IMG/VR virus record: IMGVR_UViG_3300018475_000125
Source: a virus
Strand: one strand, 5' to 3'
DNA: 64,000 bases
Below the pieces are notes generated by a model, which was given only the letters and a program-made list of their open reading frames with translations, searched no databases and was not told the DNA's origin. The translations under genes and the position numbers were made by a program. Positions 1 to 8,119 of this stretch are shown here, in pieces. Positions within the stretch are counted from its first letter, which is position 1; the number at the start of each line of letters is the position of its first letter.

Positions 1-378
1 TTTCAGTGGGAGCTGAGTAACCGTCTTTTGGAGAAGTATGATATAATCTGTTTCGAGACGCTGAACCTTCAGGGGATGAGCCGCAGTTTCGGCAGGAAGA
101 TCGGCGAATATGCTCTGTACAGCTTTATTCAGAAGCTGACGTACCTTGCGGAAGCCGCGGGAAAGACCATCATACAGATAGACAGGATGTTCCCGTCTTC
201 GAAACTCTGTTCCTGCTGCGGGTTTAAGAATACGGAGCTGACATTAAGCGACAGGGAGTGGACCTGCCCGCAGTGCGGCAGAAAGCACGACCGGGACATC
301 AATGCCGCTATTAATATACATAACGAAGGAATGGCCCTTTACCATAATCAGGAGAAAGCATGTCCAAAGACAGAGTAG
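1..378 (+). CDS. tnpB: IS200/IS605-family TnpB (OrfB) RNA-guided nuclease, C-terminal part; 5' end lies outside the window
   Basis: C-terminal zinc finger CxxC...CxxC (CSCCG...CPQCG) followed by the RuvC-III motif HDRDINAAINI typical of TnpB/Cas12-like OrfB. The ORF runs to the window edge. Confidence 0.75.
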   Translation, partial: FQWELSNRLLEKYDIICFETLNLQGMSRSFGRKIGEYALYSFIQKLTYLAEAAGKTIIQIDRMFPSSKLCSCCGFKNTELTLSDREWTCPQCGRKHDRDINAAINIHNEGMALYHNQEKACPKTE

Positions 379-2003
379 AAGAGTATCTCGGAAAGAGAGA
401 CTGGCGCATTCAGGAGAATGCCAATTCCAATTACTGTTATCAGAGTCTGATCAGCCACGTTGCCGGGGCGGCGATCGCGGAGCATACCCTGGAGAATGTA
501 TATCCGAAAGAGATAGCGGACCTGCATCGGGACGGCAGTATGCACATCCACGACCTTTCCAACGGCATTGTTCCCTACTGTGCGGGCTGGTCGTTCATGG
601 ATATTCTCCTGAAGGGTTTTGAGGGCGGACCGGGACGCTTGAGGAGTGCGCCTGCGAAGCATCTGGATTCCATACTTGCCCAGCTGATGAACTTCCTGAT
701 CACATTGCAGGGTGAGTGGGCGGGAGCGCAGGCGATCAACTCCTTCGATACCTTTCTGGCTCCGTTCGTCCGTGCGGACAACCTGACGTATGAGCAGGTC
801 CGGCAGGATATTCAGCGGTTCGTGTTCATGCTTAACACCGGAATGCGTCTTGGGCAGGCGAGTTTCACCAACGTAACGCTGGACTGGAACTGTCCGAAGG
901 ACCTGAAGGACACGCCGGTCATTATTGGCGGGGAACCTCACGACGAGTGGACGTATGGGGATTTCCCGGAAGAGATGGCGATGATCAACCGCGCTTTTCT
1001 GGAAGTGATGCTTGAAGGGGACGCCGACGGGCGCATCTTTTCCTTCCCCATCCCGACGTACAGCATGACGCCTGATTTTGACTGGAAGGATGAGAATGCC
1101 CGGCTTTTATTTTTAGCTACGGGCAAGTACGGGCTGCCGTATTTCCAGAATTTCATCAGTTCCGACCGGGACCCCAGTGAAGTGCGCAGCATGTGCTGCC
1201 GTCTTCAGCTTTCCCTCAAGGATCTTCGCCATAAGGGAGGCGGACTGTTCGGCTCCGGCGACAAGACAGGAAGCATTGGCGTAGTGACGCTGAACCTGCC
1301 GCGGATCGGGTATCTCGCGAAGGATAAGGAGGACTTCAGGGCACGGCTGGGATCCCTGCTGGACAGTGCCATGCAGGCTCTGGAACTTAAGCGCGGGGAA
1401 GTGTCGAAGAACTTCGAGAACGGGCTGATGCCTTATTCCAAGATCTACCTTGGTACGCTGGATAATCACTTCCATACCATCGGCACGATCGGGATGCACG
1501 AGATGTGCATGAACTTCCTGGGAAAGGGGATCGAGACAGAAGAAGGACGCGCTTTTGCACTGGAGGTCCTGGAAATGATCCGGGAACGCCTCCAGGAATT
1601 TCAGGAAAAAACAGGGCACCTGTATAATCTGGAAGGTGTCCCGGGCGAGGGAACTTCGTATCGTCTTGCGAAGGAAGACAGAGACCGGTATCCGGAAATG
1701 TACACATCGGGAACGGAGGTGCCGTACTACACGAATTCCTCTCAGCTTCCGGTCGGCTACACGGATGACTTGTTTGAGGCATTGCGGCATCAGGATGAAC
1801 TCCAGTGCGCCTATACCGGCGGAACGGTCTTTCATGCCTATATAGGCGAGCAGGTCGAGGATCCGGAGACAGTGGGCAATCTGGTCCGCAAGGTCTTTGA
1901 GCACTTCCGTATGCCGTATTTCTCCCTGACGCCGACATTCAGTATTTGTCCCGTGCACGGCTACATCCCGGGTGATCACGAGACGTGTCCTTACGATACC
2001 TGA
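360..2003 (+). CDS. nrdD: anaerobic ribonucleoside-triphosphate reductase (class III RNR) NrdD
   Basis: The N-terminus aligns with T4 NrdD (ENANS..., GSMHIHDLS, GVVTLNLPRIGYL). A glycyl-radical-like HGY lies near the C-terminus. The length is 547 aa. Confidence 0.8.
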   Translation: MSKDRVEEYLGKRDWRIQENANSNYCYQSLISHVAGAAIAEHTLENVYPKEIADLHRDGSMHIHDLSNGIVPYCAGWSFMDILLKGFEGGPGRLRSAPAKHLDSILAQLMNFLITLQGEWAGAQAINSFDTFLAPFVRADNLTYEQVRQDIQRFVFMLNTGMRLGQASFTNVTLDWNCPKDLKDTPVIIGGEPHDEWTYGDFPEEMAMINRAFLEVMLEGDADGRIFSFPIPTYSMTPDFDWKDENARLLFLATGKYGLPYFQNFISSDRDPSEVRSMCCRLQLSLKDLRHKGGGLFGSGDKTGSIGVVTLNLPRIGYLAKDKEDFRARLGSLLDSAMQALELKRGEVSKNFENGLMPYSKIYLGTLDNHFHTIGTIGMHEMCMNFLGKGIETEEGRAFALEVLEMIRERLQEFQEKTGHLYNLEGVPGEGTSYRLAKEDRDRYPEMYTSGTEVPYYTNSSQLPVGYTDDLFEALRHQDELQCAYTGGTVFHAYIGEQVEDPETVGNLVRKVFEHFRMPYFSLTPTFSICPVHGYIPGDHETCPYDT

Positions 2004-2011
2004 GGTATTCA

Positions 2012-3091
2012 ATGATCAATTTTCATTTATTGTATAAGGCCGCGCAGGCGGAGCGGATGCTGAAAGAAGCAGGTCCTGCTCCGGGTCCTGCACAGCGGGC
2101 AGCGGGTCCTGTGAAGAATCCGGCGGCAGTGCCGGCTCCGAGGATGAGCACTCTGGATGTTTTGGCGCGGCAGAACGCCAGACCGACGGCGGCGGGTCCT
2201 CCGCCGGGATGGGTCCCGCCTTCCATGCGAAATATCGGACCCGTACCGGTCCCGCGCAGTCCGCAGGGCGGTCCGGCTCCGAAAAGGGTGTACATTCCGC
2301 CTGTGCGTCAGGTTCCTGGATCTGTTACAGGTCCGGGCCGCAAGTTTGCGGCGCTTATAACAAAGGAGACGGAGGCGCAGAACAGGTATCTACGGGATCC
2401 TGCTTCTTTAGTGGAGGGGACACAGCAGGCAGAAGAGGCGTGGCGGGCTGCAGCAGAGAGGGCACAGCGGGAGTATTATCGGAAGCTGTGGGCGGAGGAT
2501 AAGAAACTGGATCCGACACGGCCGCGCTGGTATCACGGCACTCCGCAGACCGGCTTGTATCCTGTACCGCGTTCGGAGAGAGCTTATCTGGATCGGACGT
2601 TTCCTTCGGGCGGCGGATGGACAGGTGAAGGTATCCACGGTACCCACGAGTTTGTGCTGCGTACTACACCGGATGAGCTGCCGTATGCGTTGGGAGTTAT
2701 AGAGCGGTATTCGAAGCATCACGGGGTACGGGTGGCACCCACAACACCGCGGGCTATAAGCGATGGAGCGGAGCAGACAGCGCTCTCGCTGCTTAAGTGG
2801 TGTCCGCGTGGCTTTATTATGCCTTCTCCTCTCAATACTGGTGCCGTGTGGTCAGGCCCGGGTGATCGCGATATGGACTCGTTTTATAAAGAAGACGACG
2901 GCAAGAAGATTGAGCGTTGGGACGGAACCGCGTACGACTATGGAACACGAAGGCGCAGGGCAGATCAGGCTGACGACGACAATTTTTATAATATAGGGAC
3001 ACCGACCCGGTACTCGGATAATGTTAGTCTTGGTGGCAAACAGTGGGAGCCTGTGCGGGGAAATGTCAAGCCTCCGGCGGCTAAGCGGTAG
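2012..3091 (+). CDS. hypothetical Pro-rich protein
   Basis: ORF with a GAGG RBS. The N-terminal half is low-complexity and Pro/Ala/Gly-rich. No recognisable domain. Confidence 0.4.
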   Translation: MINFHLLYKAAQAERMLKEAGPAPGPAQRAAGPVKNPAAVPAPRMSTLDVLARQNARPTAAGPPPGWVPPSMRNIGPVPVPRSPQGGPAPKRVYIPPVRQVPGSVTGPGRKFAALITKETEAQNRYLRDPASLVEGTQQAEEAWRAAAERAQREYYRKLWAEDKKLDPTRPRWYHGTPQTGLYPVPRSERAYLDRTFPSGGGWTGEGIHGTHEFVLRTTPDELPYALGVIERYSKHHGVRVAPTTPRAISDGAEQTALSLLKWCPRGFIMPSPLNTGAVWSGPGDRDMDSFYKEDDGKKIERWDGTAYDYGTRRRRADQADDDNFYNIGTPTRYSDNVSLGGKQWEPVRGNVKPPAAKR

Positions 3092-3097
3092 ATTTAA

Positions 3098-3125
3098 GAC
3101 CCGATTCCTGTCGGGTCTTTTTTTA
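3098..3125 (+). terminator. rho-independent terminator
   Basis: Hairpin GACCCGA / TCGGGTC with loop ttcctg, followed by T8. Confidence 0.7.
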
Positions 3126-3188
3126 TCTCTTGCAGACAGGCGGTTTTTACATAACATAGAGAGGAGTTATTAATAAAAGGAGGTTTTT

Positions 3189-3416
3189 ATGGACACGAAA
3201 CGAAGCACGGTCGAGGAGCTGCTTGCCCGGTTGGCTATTGCGGCGGACACGATCGACGACTGTCTGGTCTTCTTGAGGAGAGCGCAGCTGCGCTCAGATG
3301 AGCAGATAATGGCGGAAGCAAACCTGGGCATGGGGCTGCATTGCCTGTGGGAGACGCTTTCACACGCACAGACAAAGGAACAGGGGAGGATTAAAGATGA
3401 CACTGTCAGCGGATGA
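3189..3416 (+). CDS. hypothetical protein (75 aa)
   Basis: Strong RBS AAAGGAGG 7 nt upstream of the ATG. Confidence 0.45.
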   Translation: MDTKRSTVEELLARLAIAADTIDDCLVFLRRAQLRSDEQIMAEANLGMGLHCLWETLSHAQTKEQGRIKDDTVSG

Positions 3417-3804
3417 GTACAGGAGCAGTCCCTCGCGGATATTCAACGGGTATGCCTGCGGGATGCCGTGCAAGGAACAGGAACAGGTGCAGGCGATCCT
3501 GAAATACATGTCGAAAAAGAAGAACTTCACCGTGGGAGGGGAACGGATGCACTTTTTGGCATGGGCAGTCAGGGAGCTTATCGAGAGCCGGGCGGTCTAT
3601 GCGAAAGGGTCGCCGTTTAAGAGATGGCTTCGGGAATGGGCTTCGAAGATGCGCCCGTCCTGGTATGTCACGCCGCAGGACGGGGGTCCGCTGGGGAACG
3701 ATTCCTACGAGCGGGCGATAGCGGAGACAGTCGCGGATCTGGTCAGGCTCCTTTATCCGGAAGAGCTGGAGGACTGGCTGCCGAAAGAGGCATGGAAGCG
3801 TTGA
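3397..3804 (+). CDS. hypothetical protein (135 aa)
   Basis: ORF overlapping the upstream gene by 20 nt. No recognised domain. Confidence 0.4.
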   Translation: MTLSADEYRSSPSRIFNGYACGMPCKEQEQVQAILKYMSKKKNFTVGGERMHFLAWAVRELIESRAVYAKGSPFKRWLREWASKMRPSWYVTPQDGGPLGNDSYERAIAETVADLVRLLYPEELEDWLPKEAWKR

Positions 3805-3919
3805 ACAGCAAGGGCAGGGATGCCCTTCTTTTTTTTACTTAAAAACATAGGTTTTTGAGGCATATACCATGAGCAACTTATGGTGAGCTGTAAATGATCG
3901 CTTTTTTGAAGGAGAAAGT

Positions 3920-4306
3920 ATGAAAAGAGTAGTTGTGTTTATGGGTATTCTTTTGGCGTCTACTGTTACTGTTACTGCTGGCGAGTTTCCTAAGGGTATT
4001 GGGCGGATTATTGCTGGCAACCCGCCGCGGGAGAAGCCGGTAAAAAAAGAAAAAGTTCTGCCCGATGATCTCGGGCGGATCGTCGCTGGCAACCCGCCGC
4101 GGGAGGAGCCGGCAAAGAAAAATAAGGAGGCGAGAGTTGTGACGGACGAATTGGTCCGCACAATGCTCGGGCTGCCTCCAGCGCCGGAGAAAGAGAGCCC
4201 GGTGCGGAAGATGGATCCGGAAGAACGGATCCAAATTCTGATTGGACCCCCTCCGGCGCCGCAGCCGGATCCGTGGCATCCTGAGTGGAAAGGAGGTCTG
4301 GGGTGA
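3920..4306 (+). CDS. secreted repeat protein (signal peptide plus two GRI[IV]AGNPPRE[KE]P[AV]KK repeats)
   Basis: RBS GAAGGAGAAA. N-terminal hydrophobic signal peptide MKRVVVFMGILLASTVTVTAGE. Internal tandem peptide repeat, Pro-rich C-terminus. Confidence 0.5.
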   Translation: MKRVVVFMGILLASTVTVTAGEFPKGIGRIIAGNPPREKPVKKEKVLPDDLGRIVAGNPPREEPAKKNKEARVVTDELVRTMLGLPPAPEKESPVRKMDPEERIQILIGPPPAPQPDPWHPEWKGGLG

Positions 4307-4875
4307 TCCGGTCCTTCTTTTTCCATCTGATGCTGTTAGTGGCTCTGCCGTTCTTCTGGACGGCGGAGCCGCAGCCGGTTCAAGCCACGGTGCCGGCTGT
4401 TACGGACGAGGTATGGCAGTTAAATTGGTTCGTAGCCTGTCTGAATAGGGTGGGGCTGGAATACTCCGCAGAGGAGGATGACCGGCTCCGGGACAGGGTG
4501 CTGAATTATACACTCTGGCTGCTGGAAACGCGGCCGGAAAGCTACTATTGGGTCTACGACTCTAAGACGGGAGTTTTAGAGAAGTTTGACCCGATGACAG
4601 GAACTCTGTGCTTGTCGTCGCTTTGCCGCGACGCGGGCACGCTGCGCCTCTTTCCTCTGGAGGCGCAGATCGTATGGGATATGTATAAGGTCCCGTATGA
4701 TCATCGGCAATACAGTACAGCCTGGGTCCTCTTGAAGGCTCAGACTGAATACTGTGTTGCCCGTGAGCCGGGGCGGTTCCGGCTTTGGATACTCGCGACG
4801 GAGGAACAACTCCGGAACGAGTACCCGGGTATTTTCCGGCATGAACCGGAGATCCGGGATAGAACAGAAGAATAA
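4303..4875 (+). CDS. secreted hypothetical protein (GTG start overlapping the upstream stop, GTGA)
   Basis: RBS AAAGGAGGT then GTG at 4303. Signal-peptide-like N-terminus (MIRSFFFHLMLLVALPFFW, then an ...A-T cleavage-like site). Confidence 0.4.
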   Translation: MIRSFFFHLMLLVALPFFWTAEPQPVQATVPAVTDEVWQLNWFVACLNRVGLEYSAEEDDRLRDRVLNYTLWLLETRPESYYWVYDSKTGVLEKFDPMTGTLCLSSLCRDAGTLRLFPLEAQIVWDMYKVPYDHRQYSTAWVLLKAQTEYCVAREPGRFRLWILATEEQLRNEYPGIFRHEPEIRDRTEE

Positions 4876-4891
4876 GGATAAGGATAAGTAG

Positions 4892-4917
4892 ACCCGGCAG
4901 TGTGCCGGGTTTTTTTC
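4892..4917 (+). terminator. rho-independent terminator
   Basis: Hairpin ACCCGGCA / TGCCGGGT followed by T7. Confidence 0.7.
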
Positions 4918-4972
4918 GTTTTCATTTAGCGGAGGCGCGTAGGGCGCTCCGTGTAATTTTAAGGAGAAAAAT

Positions 4973-6229
4973 ATGTTGTATTCTGAATTCGCTAAGAGTT
5001 TTAATAAGAAAGCCATTATGTACATTCATAATGGCGGATTCCATGCTGATGACGTTCTGGCTGTAGCACTGGTGAAGGCGGTGCTGCCCAGCGTTTGCTG
5101 GAAGCGGACCCGGCACGTCCCGGACGGTGCCTTCGCGGTGGATGTTGGTGGTGGTCCATACGACCACCACTCCGTGCCGCGCCCGCGGTGGGAGGAGTAT
5201 GACGCCCCGCATTGCGGGGCATCCCGTTTGTGGGTCGACCCCTTCTTTCAGGAGGTCTTCACTCGCCGGTTCGGCGTCGGACCGGCGGGAAGGCGGTGGA
5301 TGGAAGAGACCCTCTTCCTTCCGATTTGTCGGGAGGACAATGGACTGCCCAGCCAGGGCACCAATTTATTGGGTGTAGTCAGGCATATGAACCCTGGCTG
5401 GGACGCGGTCCCGGACCAGGATTTCGAAGATACTTGCTTCGCCGAGGCCGTGGCCTTGGCGGAGAAGGTGCTGGAGGCTTGTATCAATCAAGCTCGGTGC
5501 GTCGACAGGGCCCAGTACGTCCTGGAGGATATTCCGGACGAGGAGATCGTCCGGATCCCCGCCGGGTTGTCCGGCTGGAAGGACCGTTTGTCCGGTAAGA
5601 TCACGAAATTCGTGATCTATCCGGCTTTATCCGGTGGATGGTCGGTGCAAGCCGTACCACCCGCGGCGGACCGGGTGACGGAACAAAAGATTCCGCACCC
5701 GGCGTCCTGGCGAGGACTTCGCAACGAAGCCCTCTCGGAAGCCTCCGGACTTCCTGGCGGTATATTTTGCCACGCGTCTGGCTTCCTGTCTATCTGGCTG
5801 ACGGAAGCGGACGCGTGGCGGGCAGCCCGTTGGATGGTACACAACTCCGGTTCGATTTATGAACCGGAATTGTTTACGGAGGATGCCCTTGCGGATCTTC
5901 GGGACGACGACGTCCAGAAAATTCCCCCGGGACTTAAGGGCTGGGAGCCAATCCTGGCAAACTTCGCGAAGGCGAAGTTCGTGATCGATTGGTATCTTGG
6001 CGCCTGGCGGATCCGCGGTGTACCGTCAAGCCCGGAGCCAGGGGCGCCGGTTAAAGTGCCGTTCCCGAAAGAATGGCACAACAAGATAGAAGGGGAGCTG
6101 GTCCGGGAGACCGGTCTACCCGCCGCGATAGAGTGTCAAGAGGATTATGCCCTCTGGGGTACGATTCTTGACGCGCTGGATGCCGCGCGCCTGGCGATCA
6201 AGTTGTTTGAGGGTGACTCGAAAGAGTAA
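4973..6229 (+). CDS. MYG1/UPF0160-family metal-dependent phosphoesterase-like protein with a duplicated C-terminal module
   Basis: N-terminal HNGGFHADDVLA ... VDVGGGPYDHH matches the MYG1 signature (HxGxFHxDE ... VDVGG..YDHH). RBS AAGGAGAAAAAT. The C-terminal half contains two paralogous modules of about 90 aa (IPAGLSGWKD... and IPPGLKGWEP...). Confidence 0.55.
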   Translation: MLYSEFAKSFNKKAIMYIHNGGFHADDVLAVALVKAVLPSVCWKRTRHVPDGAFAVDVGGGPYDHHSVPRPRWEEYDAPHCGASRLWVDPFFQEVFTRRFGVGPAGRRWMEETLFLPICREDNGLPSQGTNLLGVVRHMNPGWDAVPDQDFEDTCFAEAVALAEKVLEACINQARCVDRAQYVLEDIPDEEIVRIPAGLSGWKDRLSGKITKFVIYPALSGGWSVQAVPPAADRVTEQKIPHPASWRGLRNEALSEASGLPGGIFCHASGFLSIWLTEADAWRAARWMVHNSGSIYEPELFTEDALADLRDDDVQKIPPGLKGWEPILANFAKAKFVIDWYLGAWRIRGVPSSPEPGAPVKVPFPKEWHNKIEGELVRETGLPAAIECQEDYALWGTILDALDAARLAIKLFEGDSKE

Positions 6230-6306
6230 CCTTCGCGAGACCCCAGTCCTCCGGGGGTGTAATAAATACGGAGTTTTTGTTTTTCTATTTTTTTCAGGAG
6301 AGAAAC

Positions 6307-6507
6307 ATGAACGAACAAGACGTTCTGAAGGTCCATGGGTCCCTGTCGACACTGCGTCAGCAGTTTCACGAGTTGGAAGATAAAATCGCCGAGTTGCTGG
6401 CGAATTTTTATGTCTCCCTCAAGTGGACTCAGCTGGACCTCGACGAAGAGTTGGGGCTGCGGGACGCACTGGAGCTGTTGACAGCCGAGCAGGCTGAAGA
6501 GCTGTAG
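6307..6507 (+). CDS. small acidic hypothetical protein (66 aa)
   Basis: ATG with RBS CAGGAGAGAAAC. Helical, acidic. Confidence 0.35.
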   Translation: MNEQDVLKVHGSLSTLRQQFHELEDKIAELLANFYVSLKWTQLDLDEELGLRDALELLTAEQAEEL

Positions 6508-6642
6508 TCTGTTCATAGCCGTGGTGAGGAGTCGTAGGGACCCTCGCCGCGTTTCTCTTTTTTTACCTATTGGAACTCTTTACAGGTTTGGTTTTTCTTT
6601 TATCATAGAAGGAGACACGATACTTTACAGAAAGGGAATGAG

Positions 6643-7344
6643 ATGGGAGTTGGGAATTTACATGGCTTAGAGAAATGCAGTCTGGTAGACTATCCGGGAA
6701 AGATCTCGGCAGTTCTTTTTTTCGGAGGCTGCAATCTGCGGTGCCCGTTCTGTCACAATCCGGCGCTGGTGCTGGATCCGGACAGTCAGCCGCAGGTGTC
6801 GTTTAATGAGTACATCCGGTTCCTGAACGGGCGTAAGGGATTACTGGACATGATCGTCTTTTCCGGAGGCGAACCGACATTGTGTCCAGATCTTGGGGAG
6901 TGGATCTCCGCCGCGAAGACACGGCATTTTGACACGAAGTTGGACACGAACGGAACAAGACCGGAGATCGTGCGGAAGGTGCTGGATGAGCTGAGCCACC
7001 TGTCGCTGGACTTTAAGACCGCTCCGGATCGGATGAGCGAGCTGGGAATGGATTTTCAGGAGAAGTGGCTGGAGACGCTGGATCTGGCGTGCTCCGCCCC
7101 GAACATCCAGCTGGAAGTCCGCACGACGATCCATCCGCAGATCCAGACGGCGGAAGACTTGAAGGCAATGGGCGTGCTTCTGAAAGAGCGCGGCATTACC
7201 CACTGGGTCTGGCAGCAGTTCCGCCGGATCGAGACGGTCGCGGCGGGTTTTGAGACATTGCCGATCTACACGCCGGATAACCTGTTCGATATGGCGGAAG
7301 AGATCCATTGTGATGAACTTCAAATCAAGATTCGCGGTATATAA
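6643..7344 (+). CDS. nrdG: anaerobic ribonucleotide reductase activating protein (radical SAM) NrdG
   Basis: CNLRCPFCHN (CxxxCxxC radical SAM cluster) near the N-terminus and GGEP. Size is typical for NrdG and the gene pairs with nrdD. Confidence 0.8.
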   Translation: MGVGNLHGLEKCSLVDYPGKISAVLFFGGCNLRCPFCHNPALVLDPDSQPQVSFNEYIRFLNGRKGLLDMIVFSGGEPTLCPDLGEWISAAKTRHFDTKLDTNGTRPEIVRKVLDELSHLSLDFKTAPDRMSELGMDFQEKWLETLDLACSAPNIQLEVRTTIHPQIQTAEDLKAMGVLLKERGITHWVWQQFRRIETVAAGFETLPIYTPDNLFDMAEEIHCDELQIKIRGI

Positions 7345-7347
7345 AAG

Positions 7348-7378
7348 AAGGGATCTGAAAAGGATCCCTTTTTTTTCG
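7348..7378 (+). terminator. rho-independent terminator
   Basis: Hairpin AAGGGATC / GATCCCTT followed by T8. Confidence 0.75.
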
Positions 7379-7606
7379 GGTGTGCTATTTACGAGGAAGG
7401 CGGTCTTTGTTGGCAAAGTAGTAACACACAAAGGGTAACTCGAGCAGGAAACCGATGACAGAGAGCAGGTTAGGAATGAGGCAAATAAAAAACATCCAGG
7501 TAAACATACGCAGTGCGGCGTAGGGGTTTCGATAGAACGCTGTCCTGTTACAGTTCTTGTTATTTTTTCAGGAATTTGTTAAACTTTTCTTCTGTGAGGG
7601 AAGTTT

Positions 7607-8119
7607 ATGGATCATGAAAGGCTTAAATCGGCACTGGAGTTATTGTGGGACATTCCCGGGGAATGGACCTGCGGGGAACTGATGTCCCGGTATCCGTCCT
7701 TTATCGATGCGCTGGCGGATGTGCTTCACGCGGCGGGCTACCGGTTTCCGCGGGTATTCTCGTGGGTGCATGAGATCGCGTCCTGGGCAGTGACCGCGGA
7801 GAAGGACAGGAAGTATTATCATATCTACCGGGCAATGGATCATCTTCCGGCGATGGACTCTGAATCGCTTTCGGAGGAGGAGTTTCGGCGGCGGATCGTT
7901 CGGTTATTAATAACCTTCGCGGAGCGTCCCGTACCGGGACAGGATCTTCGGGAGACACACCGGAGGACAGCCTACTTCTCCGCTCTGGTGCGGATACTGG
8001 ATCACCTGAAGCTCTGGGACAGCTCTCTGGCGGAGACGCAGGCATTGATCCGGGATATGAGATGGGGGCGGGTCACAAAAGACGGCATGGACAGGATCGA
8101 AGGACAGCTGAATGGATAA
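7607..8119 (+). CDS. hypothetical protein (170 aa)
   Basis: RBS GAGGGAAG. Its stop overlaps the RNAP gene start by 8 nt. Confidence 0.4.
   Translation: MDHERLKSALELLWDIPGEWTCGELMSRYPSFIDALADVLHAAGYRFPRVFSWVHEIASWAVTAEKDRKYYHIYRAMDHLPAMDSESLSEEEFRRRIVRLLITFAERPVPGQDLRETHRRTAYFSALVRILDHLKLWDSSLAETQALIRDMRWGRVTKDGMDRIEGQLNG

Noticed and set aside
302-1192. ORFs 302..622, 348..941 (minus), 938..1192 (minus) overlapping nrdD
   Set aside because: nrdD has strong homology support in its frame. The others are high-GC shadows.
3830-3920. AT-rich stretch upstream of 3920 as a possible att site or origin
   Set aside because: Just an AT-rich intergenic region with an RBS. No repeats or flanking integrase.
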